Shown here piece by piece: positions 20,648 to 29,782 of a DNA stretch of 64,000 nt. Origin of the DNA: Chloroflexota bacterium. GTDB taxonomy: Bacteria > Chloroflexota > UBA11872 > VXOZ01. Under the pieces are notes generated by a model, which saw only the letters and a list, made by a program, of their open reading frames with translations, had not been told where the DNA came from and did no database searches. The stretch lies in contig OZ219802.1 in NCBI GenBank assembly GCA_964291655.2, positions 2,368,001 to 2,432,000 on the forward strand, read 5' to 3'. Positions within the stretch are counted from its first letter, which is position 1; each line of letters opens with the position of its first letter. A program made the position numbers and the translations under genes.

Positions 20648-21316
20648 ATGCGAGATCCAATTCGACACGTCAAAGCGCTGGCATTTGCGGTGGTTGTATT
20701 CCTGATCACCTCGTTCGCCTTGGCGCAGGCCAATCCGCAGGTATTTCCCTTCATGCCGTATGTTTGGCCGTACATTGCCGGCCGTTCCTTGACCTACAAC
20801 GGTACGGAACTCGAGAGTGCCCCCGCACCGCAGTTTGCCCTGCAGAATCAACACGGCGCAACAGTCTCCCTGGCGGACCAGCAAGGAAGGGTTGTGCTGC
20901 TTACCTTTCTCGACCCTCTGTGCAGCGACGACTGCCTACTCTTAACGCAGGAGATTGCCGCTGCCCAGCAGCAGTTGGGAGCAGATTCAGATGGACTATT
21001 GGTGCTGGCAATAAACGTCAATCCTGCGGAGCAGACGCCGGACGCAATGCAGACGTTTCTCCAAAGCCAGGGGCTTGAACAGAATCTCTCCTGGCATTTT
21101 CTGAGCGGAGAGTGGGATGCAATTGCAGAAATTGTAGCTGGGTACTACGTGTCAGCGGGTGAGCCGAAACCGAGCAAGCCGGGCGAGGTGGTTCATCAGA
21201 ACGTGGTGTTTCTCATAGATTCCCGCGGCGAGTTGCGCGTGTTGATCACCTATCCCACGCCGGTGGGCGCAGCGCTACAGGACGTCATCGTAGAACGCGT
21301 GCGGCAACTACACTAG
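20648..21316 (+). CDS. SCO family protein
   Basis: CSDDC motif, WHFLSG, VVH..VFLID. Confidence 0.82.
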   Translation: MRDPIRHVKALAFAVVVFLITSFALAQANPQVFPFMPYVWPYIAGRSLTYNGTELESAPAPQFALQNQHGATVSLADQQGRVVLLTFLDPLCSDDCLLLTQEIAAAQQQLGADSDGLLVLAINVNPAEQTPDAMQTFLQSQGLEQNLSWHFLSGEWDAIAEIVAGYYVSAGEPKPSKPGEVVHQNVVFLIDSRGELRVLITYPTPVGAALQDVIVERVRQLH

Positions 21317-22288
21317 CCGCTCTATATGCTCCACCACATACTGTGGCTGCGGCTCGTCTTCCTTGCCGCAGGAGCTTGGGAACGTGAGCATTTGCTCGGC
21401 TGCTTCGCGCACGCTGACCCTGTACGATCCTGCGCGCGAGGAATCGGGCAACGTGTAAGACAGCGTCACATTGGCCCTGTTGTCGTCCTCGTCGCTTACG
21501 GCGACTTCACTCTTTACACGGTACGCTGTCCACGGCCAATCCTCGGCCATCAAAACTGCATGCTCGGCGGTTTGTTCCAGCGGCGACAGCCGTCCCCAGC
21601 CCCGATACTGCCGGTCAAGCGCAGCAAACGATCCTTTGCGCGCCACAAGATTGGGCAGAGAATCGGCGGTAATGTAGGCATAATAGCGGCCTTCCGGTAA
21701 GTCGAGCAGCGTCGGCGCCATACGGTGCCCGCCAAGATGGCTGCACCGCCAGACGCGCAGGCCTTCCGGCTGTGCGCGGGCATAGTCTTCGCGGAGCTCG
21801 CGGTAGATGTTAAAGCCGAAGGTGGCGCAACAGCGGTCGCGGCTGCCGTGGTTGCACACGAGCAACTCGCGGATGCCGCCGGTGTCTTGCTCGTACGCGG
21901 CAAAGCGCTGTAGATCATCCTGCTTGTACAGCAGCGCCTCCACGAGCGCCGCGAGTAGTGCCGGAGGAATGAGATACTCCCGCTTCGCATAGGTCGGCGA
22001 TGTCACATCGGTATGCGCGAAGTAGAACAAGCGGGTAAGTCCGGCCCGCGAATATTCGGGATCCGGCATCAGGCCTGTTACGCGGGGTTCGATTCCGTCC
22101 TCGGCGGCCCGAGCGAGTACAGCTCCCACTGCCGCGGGGAACGTCGCCGAATCCGTTACTTCTCGCGCCCACGGCACCTCGCACTCTAATGCCACGTGCG
22201 CAAGGTAGGTCGGCGCGGTGCCAACCGGATGGAATCCGGCTGCCCGCGCTACGCGCGAGCAGAATCCTGTGACTGTAGACACTCCCAC
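21308..22288 (-). CDS. Sucrase/ferredoxin-like protein
   Basis: LVCNHGSRDRCC and SHLGGH motifs; start moved downstream of the REP array (GGGAG RBS). Confidence 0.85.
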   Translation of the reverse strand: MGVSTVTGFCSRVARAAGFHPVGTAPTYLAHVALECEVPWAREVTDSATFPAAVGAVLARAAEDGIEPRVTGLMPDPEYSRAGLTRLFYFAHTDVTSPTYAKREYLIPPALLAALVEALLYKQDDLQRFAAYEQDTGGIRELLVCNHGSRDRCCATFGFNIYRELREDYARAQPEGLRVWRCSHLGGHRMAPTLLDLPEGRYYAYITADSLPNLVARKGSFAALDRQYRGWGRLSPLEQTAEHAVLMAEDWPWTAYRVKSEVAVSDEDDNRANVTLSYTLPDSSRAGSYRVSVREAAEQMLTFPSSCGKEDEPQPQYVVEHIERLV

Positions 22289-22336
22289 CGTACTCCCTTT
22301 CACGGCTCGCTCTGCGCAGAATTGCGAGCCAAAGTC

Positions 22337-22610
22337 GTAGCGCGGGGGCTCGTCCCCCGCCTCTTGGCAGGGAATGTGCCCGGAGAAACGGCACAGGCTG
22401 CAAACCTGCGCTACCGTCAACCCCGCCTCTTGGCAGGTAAGTTGCCCAGAGACATGGCGCAGGTTACAAACCTGCGCTACCGTCCCCCGCCTCTTCGCAG
22501 AGAAGCTTTCCGAAGATATGGCACAGGTTAAAAACCTGTGCTACCGTCAACCCCGCCTCTTCGCAGGTAAGTTGCCCAGAGACATGGCGCAGGTTACAAA
22601 CCTGCGCTAC
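22337..22610. repeat. Array of four 64/66-bp units, each with a GTAG-type REP
   Basis: Units 22351-22414, 22415-22480, 22481-22544, 22545-22610, each ending in a variant of CAGGTTACAAACCTGCGCTAC. Confidence 0.88.
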
Positions 22611-22788
22611 CTTCACCCCTGTTCAACAGGACAACCGTGTCGAACTACGCGCGTATCTCCGTCCGCACGCGACCGTCGTCATCACCTCGCCCGGATTGTC
22701 GTCTCGCGTACACATCCCGCCGGTTCACCATGCTACACTAGCAAGGAATTGAGCCTGGGGCAACGCGGTACCGAGGATAGCGCCAAGT

Positions 22789-23295
22789 GTGAGCACGTTA
22801 GATTTTCTCCGTGTTGCACTGCGTTGGGTGCATCTGTCCGCGGCGGTGGTCTGGATTGGCGGAACGTTCTTCTACCTGTTGGCGATCCGGCCCTCAGTTG
22901 ACACGGCGGAGAAGGCCGCCGGTTGGGGAAAGATCCGCCAAGGGGTGGAGCGGCAGTTCCATGAGATCGTGCAAGTTTGCATCTGGACGTTCTTCATTTC
23001 CGGCGCCATCCTGACGTACGACCGGCTGACGTCGGTTAATCCAGGCCTGGATTACATTGCCGTCTTGGTGCTTAAGGTACTATTGGTAGTGTGGATGGTA
23101 TACGTTTCCGGTGGGCTGCGGCGGTCGGGAGCTCGCAAACCGATTGGCGCGCAGCGGCAGGAGACAGCGGCCGCACCGGGCATCCGCCAGCGCATGCGCT
23201 CGCCGGTTGTGCAGGTTGCAATTGTCGGTAGTGTGGTGCTCTTGTTGGCCGATCTGCTCAAGGTAATTGCGGAAAACGCGTTACGCTCGTTGTAA
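22789..23295 (+). CDS. CopD-like membrane protein
   Basis: LRWVHLSAAVVWIGG motif, four TM helices. Confidence 0.65.
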   Translation: MSTLDFLRVALRWVHLSAAVVWIGGTFFYLLAIRPSVDTAEKAAGWGKIRQGVERQFHEIVQVCIWTFFISGAILTYDRLTSVNPGLDYIAVLVLKVLLVVWMVYVSGGLRRSGARKPIGAQRQETAAAPGIRQRMRSPVVQVAIVGSVVLLLADLLKVIAENALRSL

Positions 23296-23315
23296 GCTGG
23301 AGGAAGCCGAACCAA

Positions 23316-23777
23316 ATGGCAAATGAGGTGGCGTTGCCACGTGCTGGCGGGAATAGCCGGCGAGTTTTCGATATCAAGATCCTCGTGGGTGGCATCATCA
23401 TCCTGTTGGCGGTCGCTTACCTGATTGTGGCCGCATTGCCCTCCGGCACGGCGTACTACATCACGGTGAGCGAGCTGCAAGAGATGGGCGCGGAAGCGCA
23501 AACCCAGCAGACTCGGGTCTCCGGCAACGTGGTGCCCGGTACCATCGAACGCAGCGCCGAGACTCAGGACGTGCGCTTCCAAGTCGAGGACACGAGCGGA
23601 AAACTGACTGTCGTGTACAGCGGGGTTGTCCCCGACATTTTTGGCGATCATGCTCAGGTCGTGGTCGAAGGCAAACAGGGACTGGATGGCGTCTATCACG
23701 CCCACACGCTGCTGGCAAAGTGCCCGTCGCGGTTCGAGGAGGCGCCTGCAAGCGGCGGTGATTACGCACCATCTTGA
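23316..23777 (+). CDS. ccmE: Cytochrome c maturation heme chaperone CcmE (Cys variant)
   Basis: YYITVSE, RVSGNV, PDIF, VVVEG, LLAKCPSRF. Confidence 0.92.
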   Translation: MANEVALPRAGGNSRRVFDIKILVGGIIILLAVAYLIVAALPSGTAYYITVSELQEMGAEAQTQQTRVSGNVVPGTIERSAETQDVRFQVEDTSGKLTVVYSGVVPDIFGDHAQVVVEGKQGLDGVYHAHTLLAKCPSRFEEAPASGGDYAPS

Positions 23778-23924
23778 TTGCGTGCTACCCGGGTATTGGC
23801 AGGATACGTATGCTCGCTTGCTGGCCGCTGTGCCGGTTGAACGGAAGTGACGACATGGCCGCTCATTCTCGCAGGTGGGATGGGCGGTATCTTTGTGCTC
23901 TGGCAGGCTACTCTGGGCCCGGTC

Positions 23925-24165
23925 TGCAAATGTCAGGTAATTCGTTGACAGATTTGGCAGAAGAAACATGGGAGCAGAACTCTGTGCTTGCCTACATACA
24001 TGTCATTCCGAACGGAGCGTAGCGGAGTGAGGAATCTAGAGTGCTGAAGCCAGTGTACTGTGTGAAGCATGGACCCTAGATTCCTCGCTTCGCTCGGAAT
24101 GACAAGGCCTTGTAGCGCTTTCTACGGGAAAGCGAATTCTGTCAACGAATTACTCAACACTTACA
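23925..24165. mobile_element. 241-bp MITE-like element with 28-bp imperfect TIRs enclosing an inverted REP pair
   Basis: TGCAAATGTCAGGTAATTCGTTGACAGA ... TCTGTCAACGAATTACTCAACACTTACA; no clear target duplication. Confidence 0.7.
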
Positions 24166-24264
24166 ATTCCGGCCAATGGAGTCAACAACATGGGCTTCCA
24201 AGGCCGCTGGCAAGCAGTTGGCGTACATGCGAGATAGCAGGCTGAAGCACTCAAAACCATCGCA

Positions 24265-26262
24265 ATGACCGCAAGTATCGGAACAGCGCTACTCTTCATT
24301 TCCTTCTTGGCGGCGCTTTACAGCGCCTTCGCCGCTGTGCTGGGGGCACGGCTGCGCATACCGGAGTTGGTAGCCAGCGCGCGCAACGCTGTGGTTGCCG
24401 TCGCCGTCTTGGTGGCGCTCGCCGCGCTCACCCTCATGTACGCGTTTGTTACCCACGACTTCAGCCTGAAGTACGTTGTCGCCCAGTCAACACGGTCACA
24501 GCCGTGGGCGTATCTTTTCAGCGGGTTCTACGGGGGCCAGGCCGGTTCGTTGCTCTACTGGTCGCTGACCCTAGCGTTGCTCTCGTCGATAGTCGTGCTG
24601 CTTCACTTTCGCACCGACCGTCAGCTTATCCCATACGTCATTGCTACGCTCATGATCATCGAGTCGTTCTTTCTCGTCGTGCTCAACTTCATTTCGTCGC
24701 CATTCGAGACCGTGTCGCCGGTGCCGCCCGACGGCCGCGGCCTCAACCCACTCTTGCAGGACCCAGGCATGCTTGTGCACCCGCCCATGCTGCTTGCCGG
24801 GTACATGAGCGTATCAATCCCCTTTGCTTTTGCGATTGCCGCGTTGATTACCGGCCGGGTGGACAGTCGCTGGCTCCAGGCGACGCGCCGTTGGGCGTTG
24901 CTCGCCTGGCTCTTTCTTTCGCTGGGCAACCTGCTGGGCGCGTGGTGGGCTTATCACGTCCTCGGCTGGGGCGGCTACTGGGGCTGGGACCCCGTGGAGA
25001 ACGCCGCGATCATGCCCTGGTTTGCCATGTCGGCCTACGTGCATTCGGTGTTGGTGCAAGAACGGCGCGGCATGCTCAAGGTTTGGAACATGGTGCTCAT
25101 CATCGTGGCCTTCAACCTTGCCATTTTCGGCACATTCGTCGTGCGGAGCGGGATTTTGTCCTCCGTCCACTCGTTTGCGGTGTCCGAAATCGGCCCGTAC
25201 TTCTTCGGTTTCCTGGCAGTGAGCCTCATCGTCTCGCTCACGCTGCTCATGCTACGTTTGCCGCAACTGCGGGACGAGCACAATTTCGACTCCATGCTGT
25301 CGCGCGAAGCGACGTTCCTCTTCAACAATCTGCTCTTCGTTTCAATCATTCTCGTTACGTTTCTCGGCGTCATCTTCCCCCTGCTCTCGGAAGCGATCCA
25401 GGGGAGGAAAATCAACGTCGGCGCGCCCTTCTACCAGCAAGTTAACGGGCCGCTGTTGCTGGCCGTGGTCGCGCTCATGGGCTTGGGCATGCTTGTGCCG
25501 TGGCGGCGCGGCGCGGCGCGGGCTCTCATGCGCGGATTGCGCATAACGCTGGCCGTCTCCGCGCTGATTACGGTTGTTGCCATAGTACTTGGGGCGCGCT
25601 CGCCCTGGACGATACTGAGCGTCGCTGCCTGTACGTTCGCATTTGTTGTCGCTCTGCGGGAGTTTCATCGCACGGCCCTCGCTCTGATGCGCGCCCAGCA
25701 GACGATGTACCCCGCCGCTTTGCTCGCGGTCTTTCGCTATAATCGCCGCCGTTACGGCGGGTACCTCGTCCACGTCGGGGTGGCGATCATGGGTATTGCC
25801 ATAGTTGGCTCCTCATTCTTCCAGACAGAGCGTTCCGTGAGCTTGCGTCCGGGCCAGAGTGTGCAAGTCGGGCAATACACCGTGGCGTATCAAGGACTCA
25901 CGACGTGGAGCGAACCGGGCAAGCAGCGTACCATCGCTTCGATGCTCGTGCGCAATGCCAGCCAGTCGTTTGAGGTAGCGCCCCAGAAAGTCGTCTATGA
26001 AAACTGGGAAGACCAGCCGATTAGCGAGGTAGTGATCAAGACCGTCTATCCGCAACTTGACGACGTGTACATCGTGATGGCGGCCTACGGTGAAGACGGC
26101 GCGGCGAGTTTCCACATTTTCGTTAACCCCCTGGTAGCGTTCCTCTGGCTGGGCGGTGCGCTCCTCGTCATTGGCGGTTTAATTTCCTGGTGGCCGGAGC
26201 CTGCGCCCCTGCGCGCTGACGTGCGTAGCGGCCGTTTGGCGCCTGGCACGGTGCCGCCTTAA
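24265..26262 (+). CDS. ccmF: Cytochrome c heme lyase CcmF
   Basis: GLNPLLQ, HPP, WGGYWGWDPVEN, SVHSF. Confidence 0.97.
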   Translation: MTASIGTALLFISFLAALYSAFAAVLGARLRIPELVASARNAVVAVAVLVALAALTLMYAFVTHDFSLKYVVAQSTRSQPWAYLFSGFYGGQAGSLLYWSLTLALLSSIVVLLHFRTDRQLIPYVIATLMIIESFFLVVLNFISSPFETVSPVPPDGRGLNPLLQDPGMLVHPPMLLAGYMSVSIPFAFAIAALITGRVDSRWLQATRRWALLAWLFLSLGNLLGAWWAYHVLGWGGYWGWDPVENAAIMPWFAMSAYVHSVLVQERRGMLKVWNMVLIIVAFNLAIFGTFVVRSGILSSVHSFAVSEIGPYFFGFLAVSLIVSLTLLMLRLPQLRDEHNFDSMLSREATFLFNNLLFVSIILVTFLGVIFPLLSEAIQGRKINVGAPFYQQVNGPLLLAVVALMGLGMLVPWRRGAARALMRGLRITLAVSALITVVAIVLGARSPWTILSVAACTFAFVVALREFHRTALALMRAQQTMYPAALLAVFRYNRRRYGGYLVHVGVAIMGIAIVGSSFFQTERSVSLRPGQSVQVGQYTVAYQGLTTWSEPGKQRTIASMLVRNASQSFEVAPQKVVYENWEDQPISEVVIKTVYPQLDDVYIVMAAYGEDGAASFHIFVNPLVAFLWLGGALLVIGGLISWWPEPAPLRADVRSGRLAPGTVPP

Positions 26263-26274
26263 GGAGCCACCGGG

Positions 26275-26877
26275 ATGAAGAGGATTGCCTTGGTAGGAAT
26301 ACACATGATCAGACGAGATTCATCCGGCGGCGATGAATTTGCTTGTACGCAATTCCGGTTTGTGAAGCCGCGCACACTGTCTGTGACATTTCGCACAGCC
26401 TTGCTCTGTGCTGCGCTCTTGCTCAATTTTGTTCCGGCCGCAGCGGGAGCGGCGAGTATCGACGAGCAGACCGTGACCATTGCCAAGCAGCTCAAGTGCC
26501 CGGTTTGCCAGAATGTGCCGGTAGCGTACTCTCAAGCACAATTGGCAGGAGAGATGCGGCAAGTGATTCGCGAGAAACTGGCGCAAGGCGAGAGCGAAGA
26601 CGCCATCATCCAGTACTTTGTCGACCGCTATGGCGAGGACGTGCTGCTTGAGCCGCGCCGGGAGGGCTTTAGTCTCTGGCTGTGGATATCCTCTATCGGC
26701 GTGCTGCTCTTTGGCGCCGCCGTCGCTGGCGCCGTGCTTTGGAATTGGAGCCAAACCCGGCCTGCATCTTCCACCGGTACATTAGCTCCTACCGACTCTT
26801 CGCAAACACCCTCCAGCAGGTTGGAGCAAGTCTTCGAGGATGAGTTTGCGCGCTACAAGCAGGACAAGCGCACATGA
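26275..26877 (+). CDS. ccmH: Cytochrome c biogenesis protein CcmH (true start probably downstream)
   Basis: LKCPVCQ and YFVDRYGE motifs. Confidence 0.9.
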   Translation: MKRIALVGIHMIRRDSSGGDEFACTQFRFVKPRTLSVTFRTALLCAALLLNFVPAAAGAASIDEQTVTIAKQLKCPVCQNVPVAYSQAQLAGEMRQVIREKLAQGESEDAIIQYFVDRYGEDVLLEPRREGFSLWLWISSIGVLLFGAAVAGAVLWNWSQTRPASSTGTLAPTDSSQTPSSRLEQVFEDEFARYKQDKRT

Positions 26878-28304
26878 GCGTACTGGTCTTTGGAGGCGTG
26901 TTCGGGGTGGCTGCGCTGCTGTGGGTTGTGTGGCCGCTTGTGCGGCGCAAGGGCGCCCACGCGCCAGTTGTGGCCGATGGTGCCCGCGACGACCTCGCTG
27001 AACGCACGTTGCTGCTCTACCAGGAATTGGAAGAAATCGACCTAGAGCACGAGCACGGCGACCTCACAGAAGCTGAGTACGCGGCTTTGCGGGAGGCACA
27101 GAAGCAACGGGTACTCGCCCTGCTCGAAGCGCGGCAAAGCGAAAGAGGCGCATTGGGCGATGCGACCGAAGTCAGTGATACGAACGCGCTTAATGACGCC
27201 TCCGCTAAGAGCGAAGTCTCCGCTAAGAGCGAGGTCTCCGCTAAGAGCGAGGTCTCCGCTAAGAGCGAAGTCTCCGCTAAGAGCGAGGTCTCCGCTAAGA
27301 GCGACGCCTCCGCTATGAGCGATGCCATCGAACAAGAGGTCCTACGCATTCGCGGGCGGTTTCGAGGGGAGCCGAAGACACCTGCCGACCTTTCGCCTTC
27401 TGCGGAGACTTCAGCGCCTGCCATGGCGCGCCGCATGCATTGGCTATGGGTTGGCGTACCGGTCGTTTTGGTGCTGCTTGCATTCGGCGCAATCTATCAA
27501 CTCTATAGCTCTTCGGCCCGCACGCTTACCGAGCAATCGCCAATTGCACAGATCGACGCCACGGCATTGGTAGGAATTGCCTACGTCGCGCCTGGGGAAG
27601 TATTGATGGCAAGTGTCGACGGTTTACAGGAGAGCCGCGACGGGGGGCGTTCCTGGACGCAAAGCACGCTCGATGCTGTGCCCGCCGCTATTGCCGTATC
27701 ACCTGCCGGTGATGGATATGCCTATGTGTTTACGGCGGACAGTGTGCACGTGACCGCCGATGCCGGACGCTCCTGGCAGACCTTGCCGGATTCGTTGCCG
27801 GACGCGGCAATACTTGCGGCTGCGGTGAATCCCTATGTGCCTACGCAAGTCTACGCGAGTTTTGCCGGCACCGGTCTCTATCGCTCCCAGGACGGTGGGA
27901 GATCGTGGGGTCCGGTTGCTACGCCGGACGACGAGAGTATCGTGGCGATTCTCGTAAGCGGGAGCGCTCCGCTGCTCTTCATTGCGACAGAATCAGGTAG
28001 AGTGCAGGTGAGCAGCGATGAGGGTGCGACGTGGCGGGCAGCGAGCGGTGCGGTGACCATGGCATTGCGGGGCCCCGTGCGCGCCTTGTCCGGCGCTGCG
28101 GACGGCAGCGTGCTCTATGCCGCTTCCCACACCGGACTGTACTTGTCGACAGCGGCGGGCCAGACCTGGGTAGACTTGCCCTTGCGCAAGCCACTTGCCG
28201 CAGTCGCGGTAGACCCGGCATCCGCCCGCACGGTGCTCGCTGTGACGGAGACTGGCGAGGTATATCGCAGCACCGACGGCGGTATTGCGTGGAGAGATGA
28301 ATAG
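26874..28304 (+). CDS. CcmI-like N-terminal membrane domain fused to a BNR/Asp-box beta-propeller
   Basis: WPL..YQELEEIDLEHEHGDLTEAEY; repeated S/T-x-D-(A/G)-G-x-(S/T)-W boxes. Confidence 0.75.
   Translation: MSVLVFGGVFGVAALLWVVWPLVRRKGAHAPVVADGARDDLAERTLLLYQELEEIDLEHEHGDLTEAEYAALREAQKQRVLALLEARQSERGALGDATEVSDTNALNDASAKSEVSAKSEVSAKSEVSAKSEVSAKSEVSAKSDASAMSDAIEQEVLRIRGRFRGEPKTPADLSPSAETSAPAMARRMHWLWVGVPVVLVLLAFGAIYQLYSSSARTLTEQSPIAQIDATALVGIAYVAPGEVLMASVDGLQESRDGGRSWTQSTLDAVPAAIAVSPAGDGYAYVFTADSVHVTADAGRSWQTLPDSLPDAAILAAAVNPYVPTQVYASFAGTGLYRSQDGGRSWGPVATPDDESIVAILVSGSAPLLFIATESGRVQVSSDEGATWRAASGAVTMALRGPVRALSGAADGSVLYAASHTGLYLSTAAGQTWVDLPLRKPLAAVAVDPASARTVLAVTETGEVYRSTDGGIAWRDE
27201..27326 (+). 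repeat. Coding VNTR, 7 x 18 bp (SAKSEV)
   Basis: TCCGCTAAGAGCGA(A/G)GTC units, last two degenerate. Confidence 0.92.
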
Positions 28305-29782
28305 TGACAGGCACCACGAGACAGCAATTGTATTGCCCCGCACGTAGTCCGTCAGTCCCGCGAAAGCGGGAATCCATCCGCTCCGGCACAGCGAGCAACT
28401 CGACTGTAGAACGTACAATCGCCCCCCGCAGCCGCTCATTGCCAAGGAATGACGCGCCCGGACTGTCATTCCCACGAAAGCGGGAATCCATCCGCTCCGG
28501 CGCGACGAGCAACTCAACCGGCGAATGTACGTTCGCCTCCCACTTACGCTTCTTGCCAAGGCGCCTCGCGGGAGCACTGTTCTGCAGCATTCTCCTGGTC
28601 TTCTTGCTCCCCTCTACTCTCGCAGCGGCAGACGGCGTCATTTCAGGTACCGTTGTCAACGGCACCGCGGGTGGCAGCGTACCGGCTGACATAGCAGTGA
28701 CCCTTTACTTCCTCCGTGATGGTGAGATTGTAGAACAGCGCACGCAGGTTATCGACGCTGAAGCCGCATACCGATTCTCCGACCTTCCTACCGATCCCAC
28801 ACTAGGCTTTGTCCTGGTGGCTGCTCATGCGCGTGTGCCGTACAACACCCCGGAGTTGCAGTTCGCCGAGAGCACCGAGATTCAAGCGCCGCCGATCATC
28901 ATTTATGATGTAAGCCAGGATGCGGGTGTGGTGCGAGTCTTGACCGACGTGCTCATCATCGCTCCGATGGAAGAAGGCAGCGGCATGCTTGCCGTCATCG
29001 AGGTGGTGAAGCTGGCGAACGAAAGCGACCGCACGTACCTTGCCACCGGCGTTGCAAGTGGTGGGGCGGTGATGGACAGGGTGCTGCGCTTCGCCCTTCC
29101 TCCAGATGCCCAAGACCTCACGATGCTGAGCGGGCTCAATGCGCAGAATATCGTGCAGATCGACCGCGGATTCGGCGTCTTCATGCCGCTGCCGCCGGGC
29201 GAACGGGAAGTAGCATTTGGCTACCAGGTGCCCTACTCCGGCAGCACGCTAGACCTCACCAAACGCATGGTGTACCCCACCGAACAGTTTGCCGTCTTTG
29301 CGCTTGAAGAGCATGGATTGCGCTTCGAAACGAAACAACTGGAGATCCAGGCCACGCCAATTGGCGACCGGCGTTACCTGGTGGGGTCTACCGACTCGCT
29401 GGCGGCGCGGGCAGAGGTAGCGGTGCAAGTTCAAGGCTTACCCGCGCCATCACTGCGAGTGCGGCTTGAGCGCTTAGTAGATCGTGTGGGCGGGTCCCAG
29501 GCCGGCATCTTTGGCGCGCTAGGGGTGGTTCTGGTACTGCCCCTGCTCTATGCGGTCTATCGAATGCGCGGCGGCTGGCGGCGCAAAGCGGCTCGGACGC
29601 CGGTTGCCCCGGCCGCAACTCCCGATACCGGCGAAGCGTTGCTGCTTGAAATCGCCCAACTCGATGATGACTTTGCGGCCGGCACCATAGTTGAAGACGA
29701 CTATCGGCGGCGGCGTGCGGATATGAAGCAGCGCTTGATGGACCACTATCAGGAGCGGGGCGAAGAGGGTGGCGATGAGTGA
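28304..29782 (+). CDS. Exported membrane-anchored protein in the ccm operon (carboxypeptidase-regulatory-like beta domain, C-terminal CcmI-like helix)
   Basis: Signal-like segment before ISGTVVNGT; C-terminal TM then LLLEIAQLDDDFAAG; start overlaps the upstream stop. Confidence 0.75.
   Translation: MTGTTRQQLYCPARSPSVPRKRESIRSGTASNSTVERTIAPRSRSLPRNDAPGLSFPRKRESIRSGATSNSTGECTFASHLRFLPRRLAGALFCSILLVFLLPSTLAAADGVISGTVVNGTAGGSVPADIAVTLYFLRDGEIVEQRTQVIDAEAAYRFSDLPTDPTLGFVLVAAHARVPYNTPELQFAESTEIQAPPIIIYDVSQDAGVVRVLTDVLIIAPMEEGSGMLAVIEVVKLANESDRTYLATGVASGGAVMDRVLRFALPPDAQDLTMLSGLNAQNIVQIDRGFGVFMPLPPGEREVAFGYQVPYSGSTLDLTKRMVYPTEQFAVFALEEHGLRFETKQLEIQATPIGDRRYLVGSTDSLAARAEVAVQVQGLPAPSLRVRLERLVDRVGGSQAGIFGALGVVLVLPLLYAVYRMRGGWRRKAARTPVAPAATPDTGEALLLEIAQLDDDFAAGTIVEDDYRRRRADMKQRLMDHYQERGEEGGDE

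Noticed and set aside
22351-22610. Possible CRISPR array (period about 65 bp)
   Set aside because: The would-be spacers resemble each other (units 2 and 4 nearly identical), the repeat is a dispersed GTAG REP, and there are no cas genes.
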